Source of the DNA: a virus
IMG/VR virus record: IMGVR_UViG_3300021964_000050
Span: 4,337 to 68,336 of that record
Length of the DNA: 64,000 nt
Strand: one strand, 5' to 3'
The notes below the pieces were generated by a model. That model searched no databases. It was not told the DNA's origin and was given only the letters and a program-made list of their open reading frames with translations. A program made the translations under genes and the position numbers. Position 1 is the first letter of the stretch, and each line of letters opens with the position of its first letter. This document shows, piece by piece, positions 53,894 through 63,393 of the stretch.

Positions 53894-55144
53894 TCAGTCG
53901 AATGATGGGTCAATTTCGTCCACCTCGTAAACTTCCTCAAATTCCATGGTCTGCCAATCCCACTTGACGTGGACTTCGGCATGGGGGGCAGTTCGTGCCT
54001 CCACTACACGAATAATGGCTTGGTCATCTAGGTCAGGGTTACGTTCAACACCCAGCACGAGGTCTGCGTCTTGGACGAATGATGAAGTGTAGCCGATGCT
54101 GTCGGCGGTGATTGCTCGCGTACGCTTGTTGTTAAGTTTCCACGACAACACCTGCGAAGTACCTACGATAGGTATATCAAACCGCTGTGCGAGGCGCTTC
54201 ACTCCACGAGTAATGTTTGTCAGAGCCTGCGGCGATCCTTTTGGCTCACCGTTCTCATCATCCATCAGATACATACCGTCGATAAACACGGCGTCAGGCT
54301 GGTACTCCTGAATCTTGTTGCCGATAGCGCTAATGGTCGTGAGACTGCTGGAGTCCTCCGACATCATGAACGGTTGCATGTTCTTCATCATCCGCATGGA
54401 CTTCTCTAGGCGGTCGAACTCTTTGTCCGACATCTGTCCGCTGAGGATGCGTTCGTACGGAATCTTGGCGATAAGAGAATAGAACCGAGACCTCTGCTCC
54501 GCTACCGACATCTCAAAGGAGATAAACAAAGGAGTAAGTCCATGGCGGTGGCAAGCATTAGCCATAATCAACTCAAAGAGAGACTTACCACGCTTAGGCT
54601 CACCTACCATAACGACGAACTGTTGGGGGCGCAGGCCGTAGGTCACTCTGTCCAGACCAGCAAAGCCCGTGGGGATACCTTGCAAGGCGTTGGGGTTGTC
54701 TTTCATCTCCCGGTACATCTGCAACTGCTCTTCCCAACCTTCGATGATGTTGAAGTCACGTAGGCGGGCAGTGTCAGCACTGGCCGACTGGAGACCCTTG
54801 GCGAGGATAGCGATGGCCTCGGACACGTTGTCCTTGTCAAGTGGTGCCATGGCGTCGCTGATAGAGGATGCCACGGTACGAGTACGGTAGGCGTCGATGA
54901 GTTCCTTGAACAGACCGCTGAACGACTCAGCAGTCGTATCCACGATGTCGATGTCACCGTAAGCCGTATGAAATGCCCTCTCGCTGGGGACATTGCCGTG
55001 TTCGTTGTTGTAGTTCAACACCCATTGGTAGATGCTTTCCCAGTCGCCGGAGAAGTACATGGGCTTGATACCCGACTTCACGGCTTCGTTGAGGGATTGC
55101 TCCTCAATAACCTTGCTAATTACTAGGTGCTCAATAGATGCCAT
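53894..55144 (-). CDS. dnaB: replicative DnaB-like helicase
   Basis: GIPTGF..LD, GEPKRGKS, SFEMS, FIDG.YL, QDAD. Confidence 0.92.
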   Translation of the reverse strand: MASIEHLVISKVIEEQSLNEAVKSGIKPMYFSGDWESIYQWVLNYNNEHGNVPSERAFHTAYGDIDIVDTTAESFSGLFKELIDAYRTRTVASSISDAMAPLDKDNVSEAIAILAKGLQSASADTARLRDFNIIEGWEEQLQMYREMKDNPNALQGIPTGFAGLDRVTYGLRPQQFVVMVGEPKRGKSLFELIMANACHRHGLTPLFISFEMSVAEQRSRFYSLIAKIPYERILSGQMSDKEFDRLEKSMRMMKNMQPFMMSEDSSSLTTISAIGNKIQEYQPDAVFIDGMYLMDDENGEPKGSPQALTNITRGVKRLAQRFDIPIVGTSQVLSWKLNNKRTRAITADSIGYTSSFVQDADLVLGVERNPDLDDQAIIRVVEARTAPHAEVHVKWDWQTMEFEEVYEVDEIDPSFD

Positions 55145-55596
55145 TAGATTCCAAACGTCCCATCTGGGAGGGCGACCGTGGCCCTGAACCCGAGTATTGC
55201 AGCGTCCTCTTCATAAGGAGTGAAGAGGGTGTGTACGTCACGGTTGTACTTAAAGTCGTCTCTCAACGTGTCCAAGTCAGGGTAGGCGTACACGCTCACA
55301 TTGATGCCCTTACGTGCGAGCCAGTGCTCAACGGATTCCACGAGGTCATCCTCGTAGTACGTGTATACCTCTACCCCTAGGTCTAATTGATTGACCATGT
55401 GGTACACCGATTTTAGAGGCATCTCGTTGACACGCCAGCGTCGTACTTCCTGCTTAACCCACTCGTCGTCGGTCAACTCCTTGTCACGACGAAAGAACCG
55501 GCGCTTAGGTGGTTCTTCCTGACGTGTAATCAGCAAGTCCTCAAACCAACAGGCGATGTGCTTGTGGACTGTGGGAGCGATGTCACCTTTTTCCAC
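55144..55596 (-). CDS. hypothetical protein (possible HAD-like fold)
   Basis: packing within replication operon. Confidence 0.65.
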   Translation of the reverse strand: MEKGDIAPTVHKHIACWFEDLLITRQEEPPKRRFFRRDKELTDDEWVKQEVRRWRVNEMPLKSVYHMVNQLDLGVEVYTYYEDDLVESVEHWLARKGINVSVYAYPDLDTLRDDFKYNRDVHTLFTPYEEDAAILGFRATVALPDGTFGI

Positions 55597-56182
55597 GAAT
55601 TACCTCATGGTCAAAGTCAGCGAGAGGGTTGGCTAGTCGGGAACCGTACCGGTTCTTAATATCTTGAATGGACAGGCGTGAAGTAATGATCGTGGCCTTA
55701 CCCTTGTCGTACCTCTTACGGATTAGGCTACCCAACTCATGCTGTGCGAACCCTAGGTCCTCGCCGTATTTGGGGCTGAGGCGCTCCTCGCCTAGACCGT
55801 CGATGACTACGATGTCAAACACTGCCTTGACGTATTTCACGATGTGTGGGCTGGAGTACATCTCGGGGAGATTGCCGTCAGATGTATCAAACGAATCCTT
55901 AAGCATCTCAATGTAATCATCTGCCTCAATCCACCTCCCAGAACAGTTGTGCTCAGATACTAAGTGCTTCAAGGTACTTGCGGCTATCAAAGACTTGCCA
56001 CACCCTGAGGGTCCCTGAATGAACAGGTTAGGTAGGTCTATCTTGTGGGGGCAGTGGTGCCACCCGTCCATGTTTTCGTAAATACGCTTCGGGATGTGCA
56101 TGTGGTGCAGGCGTTCATCTTTAGGACGATTACGCCACCACGCCTCGCTCTTCCATTCCAACGGTGTGCTGTAGTTCACCAA
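55583..56182 (-). CDS. DnaC/IstB-like helicase loader ATPase
   Basis: GPSGCGKS, VVIDGLGEE, RY....TIITS; upstream of dnaB. Confidence 0.8.
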   Translation of the reverse strand: MVNYSTPLEWKSEAWWRNRPKDERLHHMHIPKRIYENMDGWHHCPHKIDLPNLFIQGPSGCGKSLIAASTLKHLVSEHNCSGRWIEADDYIEMLKDSFDTSDGNLPEMYSSPHIVKYVKAVFDIVVIDGLGEERLSPKYGEDLGFAQHELGSLIRKRYDKGKATIITSRLSIQDIKNRYGSRLANPLADFDHEVIRGKR

Positions 56183-56895
56183 TTCTCCTTGTTACGTCTG
56201 ATCGGGATAGCAATAATGGCCTGCTTGACAGTCTCGTGCTTCTTTCTGATGCTCTTTGGAGACCGCCCCGACGAGGCCAGTTCTTTTGGAAGAGTGATAC
56301 TAGCAAGTGCCTCATGGAGTTGTCCAGTATCTCTCTCATGGGTTCCGAGATTCCATGCGATGAGTTCTTCTAAAGCGGCAAGTCGGTCGGATGTATACGG
56401 CTCTGGGTCATCAGTGCGGAGAATATCTGCCACTACCTCAGGGTATCTCAATAGGGCTTCCTCACAGTACAGCAACACTGCCTTACGCATCTCACGGGTA
56501 TCGGAGAACAGACCGTCGTTGGGCATACCGTCTAACAACCACTGTAGTACCTCATCGTCTTTGGTCACATCCGCATCGAACATCAGTTCGTTCTGCACGT
56601 CATTGGTACAGAACAGTGGTGCTGGCATGGCAACCTGACCTGCCGATGATTGGTAAAAACGATCAATGACGTCCTTGAGTATGTCAGCGCTAAAACCCTG
56701 CTTCAAGCGTCGTGAGAAGAAGATGTTCAACATACTCTTGTCATCCTCGTCACAACGCTGACTCATACGCATATCACGGTGGTATGCGAAGTAATTCGTC
56801 AAGTCCCTAACGGGGCGACTGACGTATCGATTACGTGGTGCGGTGTCTGTCCAACCCATATCTTGCTCCTCTGGATCTGCTCCGAATGTTGGCAT
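56176..56895 (-). CDS. hypothetical protein, possible replication initiator
   Basis: first gene of replication operon, directly upstream of loader; function from position only. Confidence 0.55.
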   Translation of the reverse strand: MPTFGADPEEQDMGWTDTAPRNRYVSRPVRDLTNYFAYHRDMRMSQRCDEDDKSMLNIFFSRRLKQGFSADILKDVIDRFYQSSAGQVAMPAPLFCTNDVQNELMFDADVTKDDEVLQWLLDGMPNDGLFSDTREMRKAVLLYCEEALLRYPEVVADILRTDDPEPYTSDRLAALEELIAWNLGTHERDTGQLHEALASITLPKELASSGRSPKSIRKKHETVKQAIIAIPIRRNKENW

Positions 56896-56988
56896 TTATA
56901 CCCCTGCATGAGGAACGGCCCCCCGGTTTCCCGAGAGGCCGTTCACCCATACCGTTGAAAGAGACACCATCCCAAGGTGCCCACAGTT

Positions 56989-57017
56989 ATAGTACCAGTT
57001 AGTGACAGCCCTGTCAA
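56989..57017 (-). promoter_or_regulatory. strong housekeeping-sigma promoter of replication operon
   Basis: TTGACA-N17-TACTAT with TG extension. Confidence 0.8.
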
Positions 57018-57020
57018 GTA

Positions 57021-57845
57021 TCACTCAGATAACGCCTTCAACATCCACAGGCGAGCCTGCCCGAGAACAAGGTGCGCCATGTCAGTGTTAAACCCCGGCT
57101 TTTGATGTTGCTGGAAGTCGTGAATAAGGTTGACTAGTTGAGTTCCCCATTCAGTAGGGTCAACAAACTGTACGGTAGGGGGATCGACCTCACCGGCGAT
57201 AACGGGGGTGTCGTCCTCAACTGGGGCTGGGTCATCGGTTTGTACGTCTTCAACCTGACCAAACAACTCTTCGATGATGCCGCTCTTGGTCTTAGCCGAA
57301 CACCCTATGCGCTCGCCGTACCGCTTGACTGCGCCCGCCGTCATGACCTCCAACTCGTCACGGGTAAAGCGGGTGTCATCCTCTTCTTCGTCGCTTTCCG
57401 CAGGTGCCGGTTCTGGCTCTGGCATCTCATAGTCAATGACGATGGGGGCAAGACCATTGCTGAGTTCCTTGACCTGCACGCCCTCCTTAAGGTGATCCAT
57501 GACGTATTGGATTAGGGATGGGGTGGCGTCGTTCTCGTCGTCATCCCACAAGAACAATACTTCGTCGGCTTCCTTCAGCATGGCGTCGACGGGATGACGG
57601 CTCTGTGTGACTACACAGTTATCTGCATCACGGAAATGCCGTGTAACTTCCTGCTCGGGGCGGTGGTACAGACTGAACTGAATCTCGTTGTCCAGCAAAT
57701 ACCCATAGACGGTCTCCATAGCCTCAGGCATGGGGCGTCCGAACCAGCCGACCATAATGGTGTCGTCAGGAGACAACACATCGTTCAGTGACTCTTTAAT
57801 GGCGGCTTCGCTAGCGGCTCCGGTGCCAATGATGGCGTACTTCAT
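57021..57845 (-). CDS. hypothetical protein
   Basis: AAGGAG RBS; Rossmann-like start, acidic linker. Confidence 0.7.
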   Translation of the reverse strand: MKYAIIGTGAASEAAIKESLNDVLSPDDTIMVGWFGRPMPEAMETVYGYLLDNEIQFSLYHRPEQEVTRHFRDADNCVVTQSRHPVDAMLKEADEVLFLWDDDENDATPSLIQYVMDHLKEGVQVKELSNGLAPIVIDYEMPEPEPAPAESDEEEDDTRFTRDELEVMTAGAVKRYGERIGCSAKTKSGIIEELFGQVEDVQTDDPAPVEDDTPVIAGEVDPPTVQFVDPTEWGTQLVNLIHDFQQHQKPGFNTDMAHLVLGQARLWMLKALSE

Positions 57846-57886
57846 AACTCTCCTTCGTGGACGGGAGAGTTACCCTACCGCCCTAC

Positions 57887-59830
57887 TCAGGGAGTCGTCA
57901 AGTAGGTGTCAATGGCGCTCTGCCCGGGGATGGCGTCAGTCGCCACAACGGTGTAGTAATCCTGTAGTGTCACGGGCAGTGCGCTGGCGAAGAAGTTAAT
58001 CAACAGCGCCCGAGTACGTTGATATTCCTCGCTGTAGATAGAAACTGATTGATATGAGTTACCGTTATTCTCACCCTCATAAGACCAGCGGTAGTCGCTG
58101 ACTGTGTCACCATTTTCATCTACAATCCATCCACCGCGAGTGCTACTGCCGTCAAAGTACTCACCGATATGGTTGCGCTCAGCCAATAGTGACGACAGTT
58201 CGTAGGTAGTGACAGAACCTAGGTCCACCAAGAACTCGATAAACCCGATAGTCCATTCGTCAGTTGTCGATAGGTTATCTTCTACGGTAATGCCTGCGGC
58301 TGGGGAGTCCCCTGCGCGTGTCAGAGTAGTGGATCTTCCGATGATGTTTCCGGTCTCATCTACCAGTCTTGCCCACTTCAAGGCACCTGTCCCCACGGCA
58401 CTGTGTACGGAGAAGTACACCGTATCATCTTCTTTGACCGGAATGGGGCAGTCGATATGGAACATGACGTGAGTAACGCCGACGGAAGCCCCTGTTCCCT
58501 GAGAGACATACGAAGCACCCGTGTTTGTGTAGGAACCTGAGTACGAAGAGTAGTTCGTAGCGGAGAAGGCGTAACCCGACACTCCAAATGCGATGTCCCC
58601 TGCGGAGTCGGTGTACGCAACAATGTAGTCATTAACGTCAACAGGGATGCCCTCAAACGTAGACGCTGACGCTGACGTCCAGTACATACCGGGTAGGTAC
58701 TCATCCAGTGTAGGCGGGTAAGTATCCTCATCGTTAGCGTCGTAGGTCGTTGGGTCGTAATTACCCTGAGAGTAGATAAGTCGCTGTGACTCACACTCGT
58801 GCGCCGGTCGGTGCGTAACGGTGCAGTTAGTGATATTGGCGTCTCGGGGATCGGTGATGTAGTTGACACGCTGTGAGTAGAAAGTTATCTCACGATTAGC
58901 CGTATCCACAGACAGGTTGCTTCCAGACAATGCCCTACCATAAGCCTCAATTCCTTCAAGCGTACCTTTAGAGCGCCTTAGGTACCCGATGTCGTCAAGG
59001 ATGGCTCTGATACGGGAAGAGTTGATAAGGGCAGAGTTAGCGCCCACACCAATGGTACGTGCAATGGCGTCTAGCACTTCGGTATTTGCTGACGTTGGAT
59101 CACGAGACACCATCACGTAGTCGATAAGGGTTCGTGTGGTATCCATTTCAAATCCGAAAATAGATAAGAACTTAAATAGGGGGCCGACGTAATTACCCGC
59201 AGGCAGGCATCCCAGTTCTTTTACGGCGTAGTCCGACGTTGGATCAATGTATTCACCAATAGATTGGTCTTGTTGGCGATAGTACTCCGGTATCCGGCTC
59301 CATAGCAGCAATGTCGACTTATAGTTCTCGGGGACAATTACCTCAACACTCGCCGCTGGCTCGTAGTAGTCATCCCCAGCAGTGGATTGGTACCGCACAA
59401 ACAGGGTGTAGTAAGCCCACTGACCGCCTACCAACTCATTCTGTGTGTACGTGAACGACGTAGAACCTTCGGACAAGACGGTTCCAGAAGAAATAGTTGC
59501 TGCTGGCCCGTAGGGTGAATAGACCAGCAAGGTCTCTGATGGGGCAGGGTTTTGTCCTAGAGCAACCAGTGGAGCACCCCAGTTAATCTGCACAGTTCCG
59601 TACGTGACAGGGAACGCCTCTAAGTAACTTTCGACATACTCAATCGGTGGTAACTGATAACCGTCAGAACGCAGCGAAGCGTCTGAGTCACGATCTGCGG
59701 CGTATGTCCACGTACCAGCAGAGGCAGAGTTACCAGCACTAGCGGCGGTGTCGTACGTATCGGTATCAAACCGAACATATGAACCTCGGTCAACAGTACT
59801 ACGACGAAGGGTAAAAGATACGCGAGCCAT
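57887..59830 (-). CDS. baseplate wedge / tail protein
   Basis: IPEYY..D, L.KFLSIFGF..D, KGT..GI; follows baseplate J. Confidence 0.7.
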   Translation of the reverse strand: MARVSFTLRRSTVDRGSYVRFDTDTYDTAASAGNSASAGTWTYAADRDSDASLRSDGYQLPPIEYVESYLEAFPVTYGTVQINWGAPLVALGQNPAPSETLLVYSPYGPAATISSGTVLSEGSTSFTYTQNELVGGQWAYYTLFVRYQSTAGDDYYEPAASVEVIVPENYKSTLLLWSRIPEYYRQQDQSIGEYIDPTSDYAVKELGCLPAGNYVGPLFKFLSIFGFEMDTTRTLIDYVMVSRDPTSANTEVLDAIARTIGVGANSALINSSRIRAILDDIGYLRRSKGTLEGIEAYGRALSGSNLSVDTANREITFYSQRVNYITDPRDANITNCTVTHRPAHECESQRLIYSQGNYDPTTYDANDEDTYPPTLDEYLPGMYWTSASASTFEGIPVDVNDYIVAYTDSAGDIAFGVSGYAFSATNYSSYSGSYTNTGASYVSQGTGASVGVTHVMFHIDCPIPVKEDDTVYFSVHSAVGTGALKWARLVDETGNIIGRSTTLTRAGDSPAAGITVEDNLSTTDEWTIGFIEFLVDLGSVTTYELSSLLAERNHIGEYFDGSSTRGGWIVDENGDTVSDYRWSYEGENNGNSYQSVSIYSEEYQRTRALLINFFASALPVTLQDYYTVVATDAIPGQSAIDTYLTTP

Positions 59831-61317
59831 TACGTGCTGGTGATGCCGCCAACGACGGTGACATTCACCGTTCCTTTCTTAGGCAATTCATAGTCACCAA
59901 CAGTAATGGTGGTCTGTGTGGATTGCGGAGATGCATCGTAATGATCTAGTACGGTGATATTTGCGTAGTCAACGCCCCGCACTCCCATAATACCCCGGTA
60001 CAAACGGCCTAAAGAGATTGTCTGACCGAACCGCACGTTGTTAAAGTCAAAGATGCTGTCAATTACTGCCTCTACGTCCCGTTGTACGTACAACGCCACA
60101 TACGAAGACAATACGTTTACAGTTACTACGACGTCAATGGGCTTCCAAGTAATCGTTGAAGCAGCAGTAACATCAACACCTAGCATGGAGCGAGGCGTAA
60201 GCGTAGACACGATGGAGTCTTGAGTAACGGCGTCTACTGTCTGAGAGGTATCGGTGGTCGTGAGATAGTCATTAGACCTATCGGTCTGTGCGTACACGGT
60301 GACGCTAGCATTACCCGCTGAAGCGCCTCCAGCGGGGTTAGGTGTGTACTGAACTGCGGCCTTCTGTACTCCGTCTACGCTCAGAGCGAGGTTCGTGTAG
60401 TCGTTTAATGTAACTGCACGGTTCTGCGAGGCGATGATAGACGGGACAGTGTTACGCATCGACTCAATTGACTCTGCCTCACGACCACCAGAGAGAGCAG
60501 AAGATGACACGATAGTCACATTTTCGGGGGTGCTCTCTCGGAAAGCAGTGACGGAGTTAGCAGGTAGGTTGCCCAATGAACCGCTTGAGTAGGCATATGT
60601 AGCGGTAATGATGGAGTTAGCCGGGGGCACGAAACCGCGACTAGCGGTACCGAACAGTACTTCCAGATACCCCAGCGGCGTAGTGTTGAGAATGAACACA
60701 CGTTCCCCCGGCACTGCGTCTGTCAGGCGGACGACACGGCGGTAGTTAGTGGGCGTTACGCCATCCTCGTAGACGGTAATCACAACCGAGTCTTTGACGG
60801 CATTGAGATTAGCCAATCGATAACGCTGGGCCTCTACGCCGGTCGAAGAGTTAGTCAACGTCTCTGCTGGGGATGAGACGATTACACCTTCAGAAACACT
60901 CACCGTAGTGCTTGAATTAGCACTAAGAGTAATTGCTTCCCGTGAATACAACTGGTAAGTAGCACCGTCGTAACGTGCAACAAACCGCGTGTACTGAGGT
61001 AGTGACACTGCCGTACCGCTGTTATTAAGAACCACGGTACCCCTTGCGCCTGTTCGACTAGCGGGATCGTAGTCGAACAGTCGTGCATATGCCAGTACCG
61101 ACTCACGTTGGGTAGCAGTTGGTAGGAATACCTCACCAGCAGCACGGTCCACGTAGTAATGCAGTACGTCACCCATCTGTGACCATAGGTCTACCAGTAC
61201 CATACCGAAATCGGCTTGGTCTCTGTCTGTCCATTCGGGGGCAATTCGTCCAGCACGAGCCAGCAGATCAGCCTTGATCGTGTTGTAGTCCCTACTGGAA
61301 TAGTCAAAGGATGGCAT
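59830..61317 (-). CDS. baseplate J-like wedge protein
   Basis: DYSSRDY, PEWTD...DFG, E.FL.TA, GG..AES, RAVT..DY. Confidence 0.9.
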   Translation of the reverse strand: MPSFDYSSRDYNTIKADLLARAGRIAPEWTDRDQADFGMVLVDLWSQMGDVLHYYVDRAAGEVFLPTATQRESVLAYARLFDYDPASRTGARGTVVLNNSGTAVSLPQYTRFVARYDGATYQLYSREAITLSANSSTTVSVSEGVIVSSPAETLTNSSTGVEAQRYRLANLNAVKDSVVITVYEDGVTPTNYRRVVRLTDAVPGERVFILNTTPLGYLEVLFGTASRGFVPPANSIITATYAYSSGSLGNLPANSVTAFRESTPENVTIVSSSALSGGREAESIESMRNTVPSIIASQNRAVTLNDYTNLALSVDGVQKAAVQYTPNPAGGASAGNASVTVYAQTDRSNDYLTTTDTSQTVDAVTQDSIVSTLTPRSMLGVDVTAASTITWKPIDVVVTVNVLSSYVALYVQRDVEAVIDSIFDFNNVRFGQTISLGRLYRGIMGVRGVDYANITVLDHYDASPQSTQTTITVGDYELPKKGTVNVTVVGGITST

Positions 61318-61703
61318 TAGAGCGGACTTTCTTCTGTAAGTTGGCTAGTAACAGTAAACGTCAGCGTTTGCGCTGGGCTTAAAGGCAACGAATAGATGAC
61401 CGTGATTTCCGCTGTGCTTTCGTAAAACTCATTTTGACGTATAGAGATGTCGTGGATAGACACCCCAGATACCCTGTCTTGAAGTTCCATAATAGCATCT
61501 GTCTTGAAGTCAGCCTCTACTAGATCGTCAATCGACTCAAAAAGAAGTGAGTAAAGACTCGCCCCGTAATTAGGTAGCCCCATACGTTCCGGGGGGCTGG
61601 TGGTTAGAACATCAACAATCTTTTGACGAACAATAGCGTCATAATTGCGTGTTGATACAACACGTCCACCAGAGAACCTAAATGGAATAGAGATACTTTT
61701 CAC
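61317..61703 (-). CDS. baseplate gp25/W-like protein
   Basis: I.IPF.F, L.T...ER...P.YG..L..LLFE. Confidence 0.88.
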   Translation of the reverse strand: MKSISIPFRFSGGRVVSTRNYDAIVRQKIVDVLTTSPPERMGLPNYGASLYSLLFESIDDLVEADFKTDAIMELQDRVSGVSIHDISIRQNEFYESTAEITVIYSLPLSPAQTLTFTVTSQLTEESPL

Positions 61704-61711
61704 TCATGCCC

Positions 61712-62674
61712 TCAGAACATCTTTGCCCAAGTCTTCGGACCGACAATACCGTCTGCAAGAAGACCGTTCTTGCGTTGCCATGCCTTGATACGGCGCTCGC
61801 TGGCTGGTCCAATCCACCCGTCTTGCTTGGCACCAACGACTTCCTGCACCATCTTGGCGTGCTCACCTCGGCTACCGCGCTTGATCGGTTCTCCGGGGTA
61901 GGCGTCATCCTTGATATCAGGAGAGTCTTTAGGGGTGTCACCGTGCTTACAGTTCTCTGAGTGCTCTTGCGATCCGGGACCCCAAATACCGTCTACATGC
62001 TGATCGTGCTCAGCCTGCCATTTCTTGACGGCCTCTTCAGTCTTAGGACCATAATTACCGTCTGCTTTAGCGCCGACGATCTCTTGAACCTCCTTGACTT
62101 CAGTGCCCTTGCTCCCAACTTGAAGCCATGGCTTCTTACCTGCGGGGGCCTTAGAGACCTTCTTGGCAGGGGCTGGCTTTACGGCAGCATCTCCCAACTT
62201 ATCTTTGAAGAAGTCGATGTAGTGCTGGGGATCATCTGCCCACTCATTTGACGCCTCGATGTGTACCCAATCGCCGCCGGGTGCACCGCTGAAGGCTTTC
62301 TTGTCATAGACAAGCCAACCGTTATTACCATTGTCCTTACGATTGCACAACCAGCCACGGCCCCATGGCGCTGGGTAGTAGTCGAATACTGCTTCGATAC
62401 CCAGTTCATAGGCGTTATCTACTAGCCAATCAATCATACGACAGGCATCTGCATAGTCACCAGTACCACGATATGGCGCACCACGCCAACTAAGGTCACC
62501 GGCTCTACCCGTGGCGTGGACAGACATAGAGGACTTACCGCGCTTGGGCCTTACCCCATAAGTACCGTTATTCCAGAGGCCGAAATGGGCTTCAAGAAGA
62601 TCGATGAGGGTCTCAAACCCGGCGCGCTTACCATCGGCTGTCCTGTCATACCCCGTATAAGGCATGTTAGCCAT
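61712..62674 (-). CDS. endolysin: M15-like peptidase plus peptidoglycan-binding domains
   Basis: SVHATGRA.D..H.E; repeated GS.G..V..VQ..DG..GP.T..V..WQ..DGI.GP. Confidence 0.85.
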   Translation of the reverse strand: MANMPYTGYDRTADGKRAGFETLIDLLEAHFGLWNNGTYGVRPKRGKSSMSVHATGRAGDLSWRGAPYRGTGDYADACRMIDWLVDNAYELGIEAVFDYYPAPWGRGWLCNRKDNGNNGWLVYDKKAFSGAPGGDWVHIEASNEWADDPQHYIDFFKDKLGDAAVKPAPAKKVSKAPAGKKPWLQVGSKGTEVKEVQEIVGAKADGNYGPKTEEAVKKWQAEHDQHVDGIWGPGSQEHSENCKHGDTPKDSPDIKDDAYPGEPIKRGSRGEHAKMVQEVVGAKQDGWIGPASERRIKAWQRKNGLLADGIVGPKTWAKMF

Positions 62675-62679
62675 CTAGA

Positions 62680-62910
62680 TCACTCTCCAAGGTTGACAGC
62701 GCTGGCCGAGGTGTCACCGACTGGACCCTTAGCAGCAGCAACGGACTTAACGACCGAGAGACCAGCGGCAACGGCAGCGGCTTTTAGAGAGTCGCCAATG
62801 CCAACCGATAGGATGTCGACAGCGTTAGTACCAACGAGTGCAACGAGCGTCTGTGCGAAAGTTGCAACAGCGCGTTCAGCAACGTCTTTAAGGAACTTTG
62901 GTTCAAACAT
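62680..62910 (-). CDS. holin (r1t-like)
   Basis: ERAV.TFAQ.L.A, LSV.KS; GGAGGT RBS; next to endolysin. Confidence 0.85.
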   Translation of the reverse strand: MFEPKFLKDVAERAVATFAQTLVALVGTNAVDILSVGIGDSLKAAAVAAGLSVVKSVAAAKGPVGDTSASAVNLGE

Positions 62911-62975
62911 GGATACCTCCATAGATGTATCGGACATACATACCCTACCATACCGGTAAGAGGTTATTGCGATAT

Positions 62976-63227
62976 CTAGTTTCTGGTTATCTTTGCTCCC
63001 AGAAATGCTTCGTCGATCTCGTCCGCCGTCAAATCGCCGTCAATAGCGGCGGCGGCTAGGCGCTGAGCGACATTGGCTACGGCCACAAAACCTGCTAGTA
63101 ATGCGGCTTTGTACATAGGGATATCACCAATGATGGCCGCACCGGAGATAATACTCAGGGCTGAGGCAGTGAAAGTAGCGAATAAGCGAATACCGATGTC
63201 GCCAGCAATACGTACTTTACTCTTCAT
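62976..63227 (-). CDS. membrane protein (holin-associated)
   Basis: two TM segments, DG.LT..EID.AF tail. Confidence 0.65.
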   Translation of the reverse strand: MKSKVRIAGDIGIRLFATFTASALSIISGAAIIGDIPMYKAALLAGFVAVANVAQRLAAAAIDGDLTADEIDEAFLGAKITRN

Positions 63228-63393
63228 CTGAGCCACCCCAGATGGCGAACCCAATCATGTGGGCCACAATGGATGCACCACTGATCCACAGTGCGTATTT
63301 TAGGACATCTCCCGAGAGTGTGATTAGTACTAAAGCCGTACCAGATACCGTCCATACGAGGGCATACCCCTCTTTGAAGAGTTTCTTCAGCAT
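63217..63393 (-). CDS. two-TM membrane protein
   Basis: 58 aa own translation MLKKLFKEGYALVWTVSGTALVLITLSG..; TGATG coupling. Confidence 0.6.
   Translation of the reverse strand: MLKKLFKEGYALVWTVSGTALVLITLSGDVLKYALWISGASIVAHMIGFAIWGGSDEE

Noticed and set aside
47534-55144. Inteins or introns in polymerase, helicases or primase
   Set aside because: ORFs are of normal size with no splicing or LAGLIDADG motifs; the insertion in the exonuclease domain lacks intein ends
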